From IMG/VR virus record IMGVR_UViG_3300044796_000401: a stretch of 64,000 bases of DNA. One strand, given 5' to 3'. Below the pieces are notes generated by a model. It had not been told where the DNA came from, searched no databases, and saw nothing but the letters and a program-made list of their open reading frames with translations. Numbering within the stretch: the stretch's first letter is position 1; each line of letters starts with the position of its first letter. A program made the translations under genes and the position numbers. Positions 27,016 through 36,254 of this stretch are shown here, piece after piece. The DNA comes from a virus. Lineage: Duplodnaviria; Caudoviricetes.

Positions 27016-27747
27016 TCAGACGTTTCTTGGGGTGTGGACGATTTCGAACCTGCCGTCCGGGTGCTCTACAACAGCCGAACAGTGCTCCAGCCAATCACCC
27101 GCATTGACATAAATCAATCCGTTTATTTCCTTGATGACGGGAGAGTGTATGTGCCCGCAGATCACCCCATCGCAGCCCTTGGTCCGGGCGTACTCGACGG
27201 CGATCTCCTCGAATTCCCGCATATAGGTCACCGCTTCCTTGACCCGCTTTTTCAGGTAGGCGCTGAGGCTCCAATGGGGCATATGCAGCCAGCCCCGGAC
27301 TTTGTGGACGATATGATTGAAGACAATGGTCATGTCGTAGGCCCAGCTTCCGACCTTCATCATCCAGATCGGAACATGCGTATCGAACTGGTGCCCGTGG
27401 ATGACAAGGTACCGTTTGCCGTCCGCCGCGGTATAAATGTACTCGTGCTGCACGGTGACCTGCCCGAGCGCCGTGCCGAGAAGGAATTCGAAGAACTCGT
27501 CGTGGTTGCCGGGTATCAGCAGGATTTGCGCCCCTTTGCGTCCCTTGCGGAGAATTTTCTGTATCACGTCATTGTGGGATTGCGGCCAATAGAACCGACG
27601 CCTGAAGGACCAGCCGTCGATGAAATCGCCGACGAGCCCGAATACATCGGCGTCGGTGTCACGAAGAAAACGAAGGAACGCCCTGTCCTGCGAAAGCGGG
27701 TTGCCTAAGTGGTGGTCGGAGGTCCAAACGCTACGGTATCGGTTCAT
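27016..27747 (-). CDS. Metallophosphoesterase, UDP-2,3-diacylglucosamine hydrolase (LpxH)-like family
   Basis: SDHHLG, GDFIDGW, PGNHD, IHGHQFD and CGHIH. Confidence 0.85.
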   Translation of the reverse strand: MNRYRSVWTSDHHLGNPLSQDRAFLRFLRDTDADVFGLVGDFIDGWSFRRRFYWPQSHNDVIQKILRKGRKGAQILLIPGNHDEFFEFLLGTALGQVTVQHEYIYTAADGKRYLVIHGHQFDTHVPIWMMKVGSWAYDMTIVFNHIVHKVRGWLHMPHWSLSAYLKKRVKEAVTYMREFEEIAVEYARTKGCDGVICGHIHSPVIKEINGLIYVNAGDWLEHCSAVVEHPDGRFEIVHTPRNV

Positions 27748-27779
27748 TTTGCCTCTCACCAATTAGGCGGGAAGCTGGG

Positions 27780-28649
27780 TTATTGGCGCGTGACTGGAAG
27801 GTTGATGCCCGGCGAGTACTTGTCGATCAGCGTTTGGACAAAATCGTTCAACAGGCGCTTTTTCCTGCCTCCGCTCACCCGCACATAGGCTGTGTCTTCA
27901 TCGTCGTAGGAGAAATATTCGACCAAACACGCATCGATGTTCAACTGGTCGGAAAGGCCCTCGATGAGGTAGGTTGGCTTATCATCCTGCGGGCGGCAGG
28001 TTTCCATAAGCAGTGCGAAACGTCCCCCGGAAAGCAGGGTGGTGTCGATGCCGATTCCCTTGAACCTGCGCGAGTCCACCTTGCGCTGCCAAAGCCCAAA
28101 TGGCCAGCGGTTAGGGTCGCCCGGACCAGCGCCGCGGCCCGGTCCACCAAACGGATCGGAAACATATCCTCGGTCGGTTCCCGATTCGTGAATCCATCCG
28201 CATCCGGTGTTATGCCCGTGGCAAATGTCGTGGTGCTTCTCGATTACCCGCATGAACCTTGTCTGCGACTCAAACGTGTCAAACCTCTTGCCATCGATGG
28301 TGATCGCCTTCCGTAGGGACAGTTCTTGCCATTTCGGGCTCTTAATTAGCTCTTCCACGCTCAAAAGCTCCGGGAGTTCCGGAGCCAGCAACTTGCGCTT
28401 GACCTCCTCGTCGCAGTCGAATGTCCACGCTTCGATGCCGAGGGACTCCAATGTCTTCCGGATGATAGGAAGATGCGGAGTATCGGGACGCACGATGCCC
28501 AGCAAAAAGACCGCTTTCTTGAAGGCCTCCCAGCAGCGCGGGCAGTACATCAGATAGTAATGATCCGGCCCAATGAAAGAAAGTCCCCGTTGAGCCAAGG
28601 CTGGTTCTACGGGACTGGTGCGCGCAAAACCCTGATCCCGTCTTCTCAT
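27780..28649 (-). CDS. Hypothetical protein
   Basis: 289-aa ORF with ATGA overlap; no motif recognised. Confidence 0.6.
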   Translation of the reverse strand: MRRRDQGFARTSPVEPALAQRGLSFIGPDHYYLMYCPRCWEAFKKAVFLLGIVRPDTPHLPIIRKTLESLGIEAWTFDCDEEVKRKLLAPELPELLSVEELIKSPKWQELSLRKAITIDGKRFDTFESQTRFMRVIEKHHDICHGHNTGCGWIHESGTDRGYVSDPFGGPGRGAGPGDPNRWPFGLWQRKVDSRRFKGIGIDTTLLSGGRFALLMETCRPQDDKPTYLIEGLSDQLNIDACLVEYFSYDDEDTAYVRVSGGRKKRLLNDFVQTLIDKYSPGINLPVTRQ

Positions 28650-29668
28650 ACAGCTTCCGGCGCAGCCGCCGCGGCTTTCTTTTTCGCCGACCGCTCCTTG
28701 GCTTCTTTCGTCCGCGCCTCAACATCGGCGTGCCACTTGACCAATTCAGACTCAAAAGCTTCCGTGTTGATCTCCGGGGAGCAGATCAGGTACTCCTGCT
28801 GGTGGTTCCAGGCATCCTTCGAGCCGTTGATCGAATACCGAAAGGGAATTTCCAGCATTTTCTGGTTCTCATAAAGCTTCTCGATTGGTTTGCAGATGTC
28901 GTACGATATGATCCAGTTGGTTCGAGCGCCAAGCACAGCCGCTAAACGTTCGTGCTCAAAATCCTTCATCGCTACGGGGTACAAAGCTTTTCCCTTAACA
29001 TAGTAAGGGGCATCTAGATACATCGGGGCGTTTTTCGGTATGCCGGGCAGCCAATCCCAGATGTCGGCATCGCTGACAGTCATCCGTCCGCGGAGGAGGG
29101 TGCGGAGGTTGCGCACCTTCTCGACCAGGAGCGGCGCGTTGAAGCGGCAGTCGATAACCCACTTCGACCGTTGGAAGTACCCGCCGATGGGCTGGGACAT
29201 AGCGATACCGGAAAAACAAGTACGGTTGAAAAAGATGGCGTAGAACGCACGTTCTACCAGTGTCGCCGGGGGATTGGTGCGAAGCTGGCGAAAGTACCGT
29301 ACTTTCGCGCAGTACTGGTCCTCCCCCTCGGTGTCCAATGGGCCTCCTTGGATCATCGGGAAATTCAGTATTAGGTTTTCGAGTTCGGCGGCTTCCTCGT
29401 CCGTGCCGTTGGCGATCAGTTCCCAGAACCCGCTGATGGTTGGGTCCTTATCGGTGACGAATATTCTCTTTTCGGGGAACTGGATGGCGACGGCGAGGGA
29501 GACCGCGGCGGAGCCAACGAATCCCTCGTAGAAAACCTCCCCACTCTGGGCGAGCGGGTACAGCAACGCCAAAAAGGCTGGGTTGATTATGAGCTTGCTT
29601 TTGCCACCCGGATAACGGAACGGCTGGTAGTTTTTAACGGTAGCGATAGACGCAGATTTCTTCGCCAA
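28646..29668 (-). CDS. dam: Dam-like (D12 class) DNA adenine methyltransferase
   Basis: FRYPGGKS, YEGFVGS, FFNRTCFSG and YLDAPYY (DPPY variant). Confidence 0.85.
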   Translation of the reverse strand: MAKKSASIATVKNYQPFRYPGGKSKLIINPAFLALLYPLAQSGEVFYEGFVGSAAVSLAVAIQFPEKRIFVTDKDPTISGFWELIANGTDEEAAELENLILNFPMIQGGPLDTEGEDQYCAKVRYFRQLRTNPPATLVERAFYAIFFNRTCFSGIAMSQPIGGYFQRSKWVIDCRFNAPLLVEKVRNLRTLLRGRMTVSDADIWDWLPGIPKNAPMYLDAPYYVKGKALYPVAMKDFEHERLAAVLGARTNWIISYDICKPIEKLYENQKMLEIPFRYSINGSKDAWNHQQEYLICSPEINTEAFESELVKWHADVEARTKEAKERSAKKKAAAAAPEAV

Positions 29669-29698
29669 GCGGGGCTCCCTCCAACAGGACTCGCCTGA

Positions 29699-30094
29699 CT
29701 AATACTGCGCCGCAACGCCTTTGGCCCGTTTGGAACGGGCCTTCAGGGAATGTTCCCACAGCACCATAGCGTTCCAGCCCATCCTGCGGTATTCCTCCAA
29801 AACCTCGGCGTCCCGGGCCTTGTTGCGGGCAAGCTTGGCGGACCAGAATCCCGCGTTGGATTCCGGCACGGTGCCGTGCTCGGGGCAGGCATGCCAGAAG
29901 CACCCGTGGACGAACACGGCGGTCCTGCGGCGCTTGTTGAAGTAGTCCGGTCGGCCGGGGAGCCCGGACTCGCCCCTGCGGAGCCTGCATCCGGCGATCC
30001 GCTCCGCCTCGGCCTTGGCGGAAAGCTCCAGCTTGGACACGGAGCGTATCCTCGCCATGAGGCGGCTGCGCTGCTTTTTCGTGAGGAAGTCCAT
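29699..30094 (-). CDS. vsr: Very short patch repair endonuclease
   Basis: D.LT..QRS..MARIRS, LPGRPD, FVHGCFWH, FWSAKL.RN..RD. Confidence 0.9.
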   Translation of the reverse strand: MDFLTKKQRSRLMARIRSVSKLELSAKAEAERIAGCRLRRGESGLPGRPDYFNKRRRTAVFVHGCFWHACPEHGTVPESNAGFWSAKLARNKARDAEVLEEYRRMGWNAMVLWEHSLKARSKRAKGVAAQY

Positions 30095-30168
30095 TATGCT
30101 TCTAGGAATCTCCCCGATAGTGTACTCCGAAAACCGCTAAATGGCAAGGCGACAAGTATTAATACCCG

Positions 30169-30318
30169 ATGATGGTCTACGGAAGCGTATGCAGCGGGAT
30201 AGAGGCGGCCACGGTCGCTTGGGAGCCCCTCGGCTGGAAGGCCGCGTGGCTCAGCGAGATCGAGCCGTTCCCGAACGCGGTGCTGGCATATCGATTCCCG
30301 AACATTCCCAATCTGGGA
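30169..30318 (+). pseudogene. N-terminal fragment of a C5-cytosine DNA methyltransferase
   Basis: YGSVCSGIEAATVAWEPLGWKAAWLSEIEPFPNAVL..RFPNIPNLG (motifs I-III). No PC catalytic motif follows. Confidence 0.8.
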
Positions 30319-30420
30319 GGAAACGACAATCGGGGGGAAAATAGCGTCCGCGCATCGCTTTTTCATGCGTTCCGCAACATCCGGATAGAGGTCGATCCCG
30401 ATGAATCGCCTACCGAGCTT
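30319..30420 (-). pseudogene. C-terminal fragment of an N4/N6 DNA methyltransferase
   Basis: Hand translation KLGRRFIGIDLYPDVAERMKKR, the typical end of beta-class MTases. Confidence 0.6.
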
Positions 30421-30775
30421 GATGCTCAGCCTTCATGTGACAAGGCTGACAAAGTCCGATAAGGTTGTCTCTGCTATTTGCTTCAGCCGCAGTCTCAAAT
30501 AAGCGAAACGGCTTAATGCGGTGAACGGGTAAGCTGCTCCCAAGGTAGGCGGGACAGTGGCTACACTTTCCTCCCTGTTCAGTCACCACAACACGACGAA
30601 TGGCCTTCCAGCCCCTTCCGCGATACGTTTTAGGGCCGCCAACCCAGTCGGGAGAGTTTTCTCCGCTACAGTACTCCCGCCAATGAGCGGTCTTACATTC
30701 AAAAGAGCAGAATTCTCCGCTGTGTCCGTTGTGTAATCTCCATTCCTTTTTCTCAAAGACCGCCTTACAGTATTT
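30410..30775 (-). pseudogene. 5'-truncated HNH endonuclease (not in the ORF track)
   Basis: Open frame after an in-frame TGA: KYCK...FCSFECK...NSPDWVGG...GWKAIR...CSHC...PVHRIKPF...DNLIGLCQPCH. Confidence 0.75.
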
Positions 30776-30779
30776 TCAA

Positions 30780-31958
30780 TTACTTATAGGTTGGCCATGC
30801 AGTCGGTGTTGCCGCTGCTGCCTTGGTGCGTTTCTTGTATGGGCGGCGCTGCTTTGGCACAGGCAGACCCTTCTCGAAGCATTCGCCAAGTTGCTTCAGG
30901 CGGTTGCGGAACCTCGAAAATTCGCCGCCGCTGACTTCCATGAATTTGGCCGCATCGCCGATGGTGCCCGTGGATTCCAGTGCTTCAAGAGCCGGATAAA
31001 CGGACGGGTCAACATTCTCCACGAACTGCTTGAACTCGTTCGTGTACAGGCGGTCGTCGTGCTGCTTGGCGAGCCGGGTGGTCTGGCTTGCCAGATAGTT
31101 GCTGCTGGCGTGTATGAACTCGTCGCTGGTTCCCCCGCGGCGCTCCTTCGACTCGTCGGGGTCGGAGCCGAACGAGATGTTGCCGGGGCGGAGCACGGGG
31201 TTCTTGCTGCGCTTGCTCTGCACCGTCAAGAATTTGTTGCCGAGGATGTTGTTCACGTAGTTGCGGAAGCGGCGCTCGCTCGCTCCGTACTGCTGGAGCG
31301 GATCGAACGTCTCGATAATGTCGGTGCATCCCCGCGGGCGGCCGTTAGCGCCGGGACGGCGGTGCTTCGAGCTTTGCGGCAGGTAGCGGAGGTGGATGAG
31401 CAGGTCTTGCGTCCAGTCCTCGACCTCGTCGTCGACCTGGAACCGGTTCAGGCGCTTCTTCACCCATGTCAGGACGTACTCCGGCCTCCATGCGTAGAAC
31501 TCGTCGAAGTTGTTGGGGACGATGAACCGCTTCCCCGCGGGCTTTTTCAGTTCGTCCTCGTCCATGAAATGCCCGGACTCCGTCACGATGAACGGGTCGC
31601 CGGTGTAGGGAACGTCCGGAGCCGCTGGCGCTACAGGAATGCCGTCCTCCGGCGTCTCGGCGGCGGGTTCCTCGGCCTGCGCACTGATGGCCGCTTGGGC
31701 GGTCTTCAGGCACCACGACCCCTCGTGGTTGGCGGCGATCCGGGATAGCTGGCGCTGGATTTCGTGCTGCCACTCGTAGCTCTTGCTCGTCTTTTTGCGG
31801 TGCGGGCAAAAAATATCCGGGCAGTCCTGGGGCTGGCGCTCCAGTGCGATCTGGTAGATTTCCTTGACCCGTTTCGGACCTTCGGTCAAGGCTTCTGTGA
31901 TAAGACGATTGAATTTTGCAATTGATGCTGGCGGCTGTGCGACTGTATCTTCTGCCAT
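30780..31958 (-). CDS. Divergent ECF-like sigma factor with an N-terminal winged-helix-like domain
   Basis: Region-2-like VEDWTQDLLIHL...FDP...FRNYVNNILGN. Region-4-like HTH TIGDAAKFMEVSGGEFSRFRNRLKQL. Confidence 0.55.
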   Translation of the reverse strand: MAEDTVAQPPASIAKFNRLITEALTEGPKRVKEIYQIALERQPQDCPDIFCPHRKKTSKSYEWQHEIQRQLSRIAANHEGSWCLKTAQAAISAQAEEPAAETPEDGIPVAPAAPDVPYTGDPFIVTESGHFMDEDELKKPAGKRFIVPNNFDEFYAWRPEYVLTWVKKRLNRFQVDDEVEDWTQDLLIHLRYLPQSSKHRRPGANGRPRGCTDIIETFDPLQQYGASERRFRNYVNNILGNKFLTVQSKRSKNPVLRPGNISFGSDPDESKERRGGTSDEFIHASSNYLASQTTRLAKQHDDRLYTNEFKQFVENVDPSVYPALEALESTGTIGDAAKFMEVSGGEFSRFRNRLKQLGECFEKGLPVPKQRRPYKKRTKAAAATPTAWPTYK

Positions 31959-32078
31959 GGGCCTCCGACAACCACGAGGTAATTAGGGATGCTGTGGCCC
32001 GCGAGGGAGCCACAGTTTACGGACAACACGGGCCACCTCAGGGAGTCGGGCCTGATTGTGCCTAGTTGGCGAACAAAA

Positions 32079-32261
32079 TTATTTCCGAGCGGCGGCTGAC
32101 ACCGTGAGCTCGCTTTCGATGCATTGGATGTCAGATCGCAGTTGCCCCAGCGACGGCGCTGTTTTGTCGCCGTTCAGCTTAGCTAGCTGCTCGGCGTAAA
32201 AATCCTTCAGCTTGCGGAGCCCCCGCGAGTTTTTCAACTCGGTTGGAATCGCGTTTTGCAT
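32079..32261 (-). CDS. Small hypothetical protein (60 aa)
   Basis: Start MQNAIP; GAAGGAG upstream. Confidence 0.55.
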   Translation of the reverse strand: MQNAIPTELKNSRGLRKLKDFYAEQLAKLNGDKTAPSLGQLRSDIQCIESELTVSAAARK

Positions 32262-32430
32262 AGTCTGACCCGGCGAGCCGGGTCTCCTTCCAACTATGAT
32301 GGTACACCCCGGATACGGGGCCAATGCAAGTGATTTTTTGGGTTGAACTTTCTAAGCCGCGATTGGAACCGCGGTCTCCACGGACGTTAATACTGGCGGA
32401 ATCGGGCCCTGTTGGCTAGAGGCGGACGAT

Positions 32431-32874
32431 TTAGCTTGTGGGCAGTCGCGGGGTACGGTCCACGAGAATCTTGATGTCCACCGCCATCCCGGTCAAGGTG
32501 TCCACCATCTTGTCGGTCTTCTGGTTCAAGGACTCGATTCCCTTCTCGATCCCCGTCAGGTGGTTTTTGTCCAAAGTATCTATCTTGGAGGAGGTTGCTG
32601 AGATTTGCTCCTGTAACTCAACGACGGATTTTTCCCCGTGTGCCCTTGCTTCTGCGACTTCTTTCAGGGCGTCCGCCTTGGCGATTTCGATGCCCGCAAG
32701 CGTTTTCATCACCAAGTCCCGGTCTGTCTTCTGGTTCGCCACGAAACTGTCAAACGCCCCGCGTGCTTTCCAGACCCACTTCGTGATTAGGATGGTGCAT
32801 GCACTCAGCGTCCCCCAGCCGACGATGGGCATGTGATTCGAAATGAAATCTAAAACTGTGGGTTCGTTGAGCAT
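32431..32874 (-). CDS. Single-TM coiled-coil protein (possible holin/antiholin-type)
   Basis: IVGWGTLSACTILITKWVW, then a heptad-like helix; downstream of the terminase. Confidence 0.55.
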   Translation of the reverse strand: MLNEPTVLDFISNHMPIVGWGTLSACTILITKWVWKARGAFDSFVANQKTDRDLVMKTLAGIEIAKADALKEVAEARAHGEKSVVELQEQISATSSKIDTLDKNHLTGIEKGIESLNQKTDKMVDTLTGMAVDIKILVDRTPRLPTS

Positions 32875-32932
32875 TGTTGGCCTTATCGATCTCTCTGTAA
32901 TAGGCTTCCATAGGCATAAAATTCCCACAGAG

Positions 32933-35900
32933 TTATCTGTGGCGGCCGCCCCTGCGGCTCCACGGGCTCCTCGGGGCCGTGCCGCTCGAATATCCCAGAT
33001 TTGTTGTGAGTTTCTTGGTCCTTTCCATGACCTTGAGGGTCGAAAGCGGGACGCCATCGATGTTCGAGAGCGGTGCCGGGGGCCTGGATTGCTGCTGTTG
33101 CATCAGGAGACCGATGCCCTTGGGGTCCATGTGCACGTTGCCTTCCTTGACGAGCCAGTTCTGGGCGAGCAGGGCGCAAAGCATCGCGGCGTCCGCCATG
33201 TCGTCGTGGGCTCCCTTCTCCATCGGCGCTTGGACGCGAATCCTGTACTTGGACGCCACCTCCAGTTCCACCAATTTCAGTTCCTTGATGAACTTCGGCT
33301 CGTACGGGAACGAGCAGAGCTTGTTCTCGATGTAGCCCCTGAGGGCGTACGCCATCTGCGAGTTGATCGCCGGGGTGATGTTCAGCATCTCGAAGTTGAA
33401 GATGCCGTTCAGTTCGAGAAGCTGGGCAAGCTGCTGACCTCCGTGCTGGTCGGTCGCCCCGCGGAAGCAGGGCAGAATCCTGTTGATGGCCTTCATCCAG
33501 ACGAGGATGTCTTCGAGCGGCAGCACCTTGTAATTTTCGTACCTCTTCTCCCCCGGCGCTTGCGGGATGAACGGCCCCGTGAAATGCTCCCCCACCATCA
33601 TGCGGTCGATGTAGTCATAGATCAGCCTGATGCCGCCCCCGCCGCCGTATTCGAGGTGCGCGATCGCGAGCGCGCTGGCGTCGCAGATCATGCCGAGGTC
33701 GAATCCCCAGAAGTAGTTGCGCCCGAGGTGAAGCTGCGGGATGAAGCTCACGACGTTCAGCCGGGTGCTGCCCTCCGTGGGCAGCCCCGTCTCGTCCCAA
33801 TGGCAGTCCACGCAGGACTTGACCGCGGCTTCCGTGACGTACGACTCGGACGATTCGAGGAACTGCCCGCCGAACTCGGCCCTGAACGTCAGGGGATTCT
33901 TTTCATGGTCGGCCCGCAGGGTCTTGGAAAGGACCTTGTTGTTCATCTCGGCGGTCGAGCAGTTCAAGGTGAAAATCGAGGAGGCGGCACCCTTGGACAA
34001 AGCCAGCTTGTGCAATTCGTACATCTTGCCGACCCGCTTCAGGGGCGAGGAGATGCTGAAGATCATCGAGTCCTGGACGCCGAATTGCCCAGGGAGGCGG
34101 GGAGCCAGAATGTTCTTTTCGTAGACCTGCGCCGAGATGTCCTCCTCAAGAACCTCCTCTTCGTTGTCGGGATCGGCTTCCGGAGGGATGGCTTCCGTCG
34201 TGCCATCGGCATAAATGCGTTCCGTGTGGTGGAAGTCCACGGTCGATGGAGTGGCTGCGGCGTACATGTCCTCCGATGTGCTGCCTTTTTCGGCGCGGAA
34301 ATGGGCGAATTCGTCGAGGGCGAGGAACACGGACGAAGGTCCGCGGACGGCGTTCGTGGAGCAGGGCAGCGACCACACCGTGAGGGTCGGCGTTATGTCC
34401 CGCTTGTGGCGGTCGGCTTCGCAGACAAAGGTCAGTTTCTTGCTGTTGTTGTCCCGGACGAAGGGCTCGAAGAAACTGCAATGGTTCACGCGCTCGCTGA
34501 GCTTCTTGAACAGGCGGTCAGCGCCGGTGTCATCTTGAGCCAAGTAGGTGATGTCTATGGGGGAGCCGGGGACCAAGCCGAAGAATTCCTGCGGCGAGCG
34601 GATGTTCAGAAGGAGGTACAGCTTGAAACAGGTGATGGCGGCGACAAGTTCCGAATTGTGCGTGATATTGAAGTTTTTGCCAAACAAAAACAAACCGTCC
34701 GGGTCTTCGACCGTCAAACAACGCACCATTCGCCTTCCAGCGGGTTCTATAGACACAACGTACCTGTATTTTTGAGTTTTACGCACAGTCACAGAGAGCA
34801 GATTAAGCTTCCTCTGTAGACGAAAAACAGAAGATTCTCCTGTCCATGTTACCCAATATTGCACTTTGTGCTTGGGGTTACGAGGGGGCACCTCTTTCCA
34901 ATAAGGCTTAAGCCCCAAACTTGCTGCTAAATGATACACTCCCTCCGAAAGATTACGTCTCGTGTTGGTGAATGTCACTAATCCTTTTGAGCATCCCCCA
35001 TCTGTATCTAACAAACCCTGCAATAGCGCCTTTCTTTGAGAAGATGAAGCCCAAAGATAATCATTCGGAATATGTTTGTTTCCAAGAACCCCCATTTTTC
35101 GCAACACAACTTTTAACCCGCGGATAGACCAACGATGTTTTCTTTTAGACTTTTTCCAGCTAAACCCGGCACTTACAAAATATTTAAGAATTTCCAAGGC
35201 GTCAGACTCTTCCGCAGCATAATTTCCTCCAGCGCTTTCTCCATCGCCTAACCAACACCCAAAGCAATACGGGTCAAGGGGAAGGTCTTTATCCGGTAGT
35301 TCAACCGCTCTAGGCAGCGGAATCGCATGATTAGAATAATTGCCGACTTTAAGTGTCTGAAAAATTTCTTGGGTTGTTTTTACAGACCCCATCGGTTGAA
35401 GTTTAGTACATAAACCAACTATTTCAGGGCGTGGCGCATACTCATAACCAGCAGCAACCGCCCTTACCCTGCGTTGTTCTCTGCGTGCTTTACGGTGTTC
35501 TGGTGTGCGATAACACGAGGCCATACGGTCAGCCCTAGTAAACGTCAGCCAGCGATGCTCTGGATGGGCCAACACGGATGTGCCGTCGTCGAATGTGACA
35601 CAATATACTTCTGAAACAAACGGCTCGTGGGCGTAAACAACCTTGGTAGGCTTACCGCTGGGAGATAAAACCATGTCCCCGTCCTTGATGTCACCGTTCC
35701 GAACAAACCCATTGGGGGTGGGGATAGGCTCATCCAAAGCGAGGGCCTTCCCCCCACGGCGGCCAGCAAAGACGACCGCTTCGTTGTACCCGCCGTAAGT
35801 CTTGCCGAGGTTCGGGATGTCCCGCCAATCGTCGATGTTGCAGCGGTTTTCGTTGAACGCTATGTGGAGGTACTCTTCCTCCGACACCGTGCGGATGAGC

Positions 35901-36175
35901 TTCTCGCGGAACACGTCCCACATCTGCACCTGGCCCCAGAGCGGGATGCGGTCGGCCCACTCCGGACGCCAATCCAGCGGCACGCCGAAGATGCACTTGG
36001 CGATGACGCGCTGCACGGGGCGCAGGACTATGCCGGTGCCCTGCGGGCCTTCGATGAACTCGACCGCGTTCATCAACTTGCGGTTGATGTCCGTTAGCCC
36101 GGCGCTGATCGCCTTGCCGAAGGCGGAATTCCTCTGCGCTTCCTTGTTGAATATCGAGACCCTGCGTGGCGGCAT
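32933..36175 (-). CDS. terL: Terminase large subunit split by an intein
   Basis: Walker A spliced as VFAGRRGGK|S; Walker B FLALDEFAHF; ISSP coupling motif; RNaseH-like WGFDLG...DAS and GAHDDMADA. Confidence 0.92.
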   Translation of the reverse strand: MPPRRVSIFNKEAQRNSAFGKAISAGLTDINRKLMNAVEFIEGPQGTGIVLRPVQRVIAKCIFGVPLDWRPEWADRIPLWGQVQMWDVFREKLIRTVSEEEYLHIAFNENRCNIDDWRDIPNLGKTYGGYNEAVVFAGRRGGKALALDEPIPTPNGFVRNGDIKDGDMVLSPSGKPTKVVYAHEPFVSEVYCVTFDDGTSVLAHPEHRWLTFTRADRMASCYRTPEHRKARREQRRVRAVAAGYEYAPRPEIVGLCTKLQPMGSVKTTQEIFQTLKVGNYSNHAIPLPRAVELPDKDLPLDPYCFGCWLGDGESAGGNYAAEESDALEILKYFVSAGFSWKKSKRKHRWSIRGLKVVLRKMGVLGNKHIPNDYLWASSSQRKALLQGLLDTDGGCSKGLVTFTNTRRNLSEGVYHLAASLGLKPYWKEVPPRNPKHKVQYWVTWTGESSVFRLQRKLNLLSVTVRKTQKYRYVVSIEPAGRRMVRCLTVEDPDGLFLFGKNFNITHNSELVAAITCFKLYLLLNIRSPQEFFGLVPGSPIDITYLAQDDTGADRLFKKLSERVNHCSFFEPFVRDNNSKKLTFVCEADRHKRDITPTLTVWSLPCSTNAVRGPSSVFLALDEFAHFRAEKGSTSEDMYAAATPSTVDFHHTERIYADGTTEAIPPEADPDNEEEVLEEDISAQVYEKNILAPRLPGQFGVQDSMIFSISSPLKRVGKMYELHKLALSKGAASSIFTLNCSTAEMNNKVLSKTLRADHEKNPLTFRAEFGGQFLESSESYVTEAAVKSCVDCHWDETGLPTEGSTRLNVVSFIPQLHLGRNYFWGFDLGMICDASALAIAHLEYGGGGGIRLIYDYIDRMMVGEHFTGPFIPQAPGEKRYENYKVLPLEDILVWMKAINRILPCFRGATDQHGGQQLAQLLELNGIFNFEMLNITPAINSQMAYALRGYIENKLCSFPYEPKFIKELKLVELEVASKYRIRVQAPMEKGAHDDMADAAMLCALLAQNWLVKEGNVHMDPKGIGLLMQQQQSRPPAPLSNIDGVPLSTLKVMERTKKLTTNLGYSSGTAPRSPWSRRGGRHR
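34655..35746 (-). mobile_element. Ala-start (class 3-type) intein with LAGLIDADG endonuclease (364 aa)
   Basis: Starts ALALDEPIPTPNG. W-C-T triplet in AHPEHRW, VRCLTV and ITHN|S. Helices FGCWLGDG and LLQGLLDTDG. Confidence 0.92.
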
Positions 36176-36186
36176 GCTTAACCCCT

Positions 36187-36202
36187 ACTTAAAGGGGCGA
36201 AA
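36187..36202 (-). promoter_or_regulatory. Recurrent upstream motif TTTCGCCCCTTTAAGT
   Basis: Identical 16-mer at 51530-51545; 12 nt upstream of the terL ATG. Confidence 0.55.
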
Positions 36203-36254
36203 AGCGGGGTTATGCGGATTCCATGGAGGCTAGGTACCGCACGTCAGAAAGAGT

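Noticed and set aside
30776-30778. TGA recoding (the TGA sits where a CxxC Cys is expected in the HNH remnant)
   Set aside because: TGA is the true stop in many ATGA-coupled gene pairs in this window, so a pseudogene explains it better.
32843-34819. Long opposite-strand ORFs (also 7..564, 2432..3406, 11467..12663, 30729..31748, 39536..40777, 48232..50391, 51200..52351 5' part)
   Set aside because: Antisense shadows of GC3-rich genes that carry recognisable motifs on the other strand; the shadows have no motifs or RBS.
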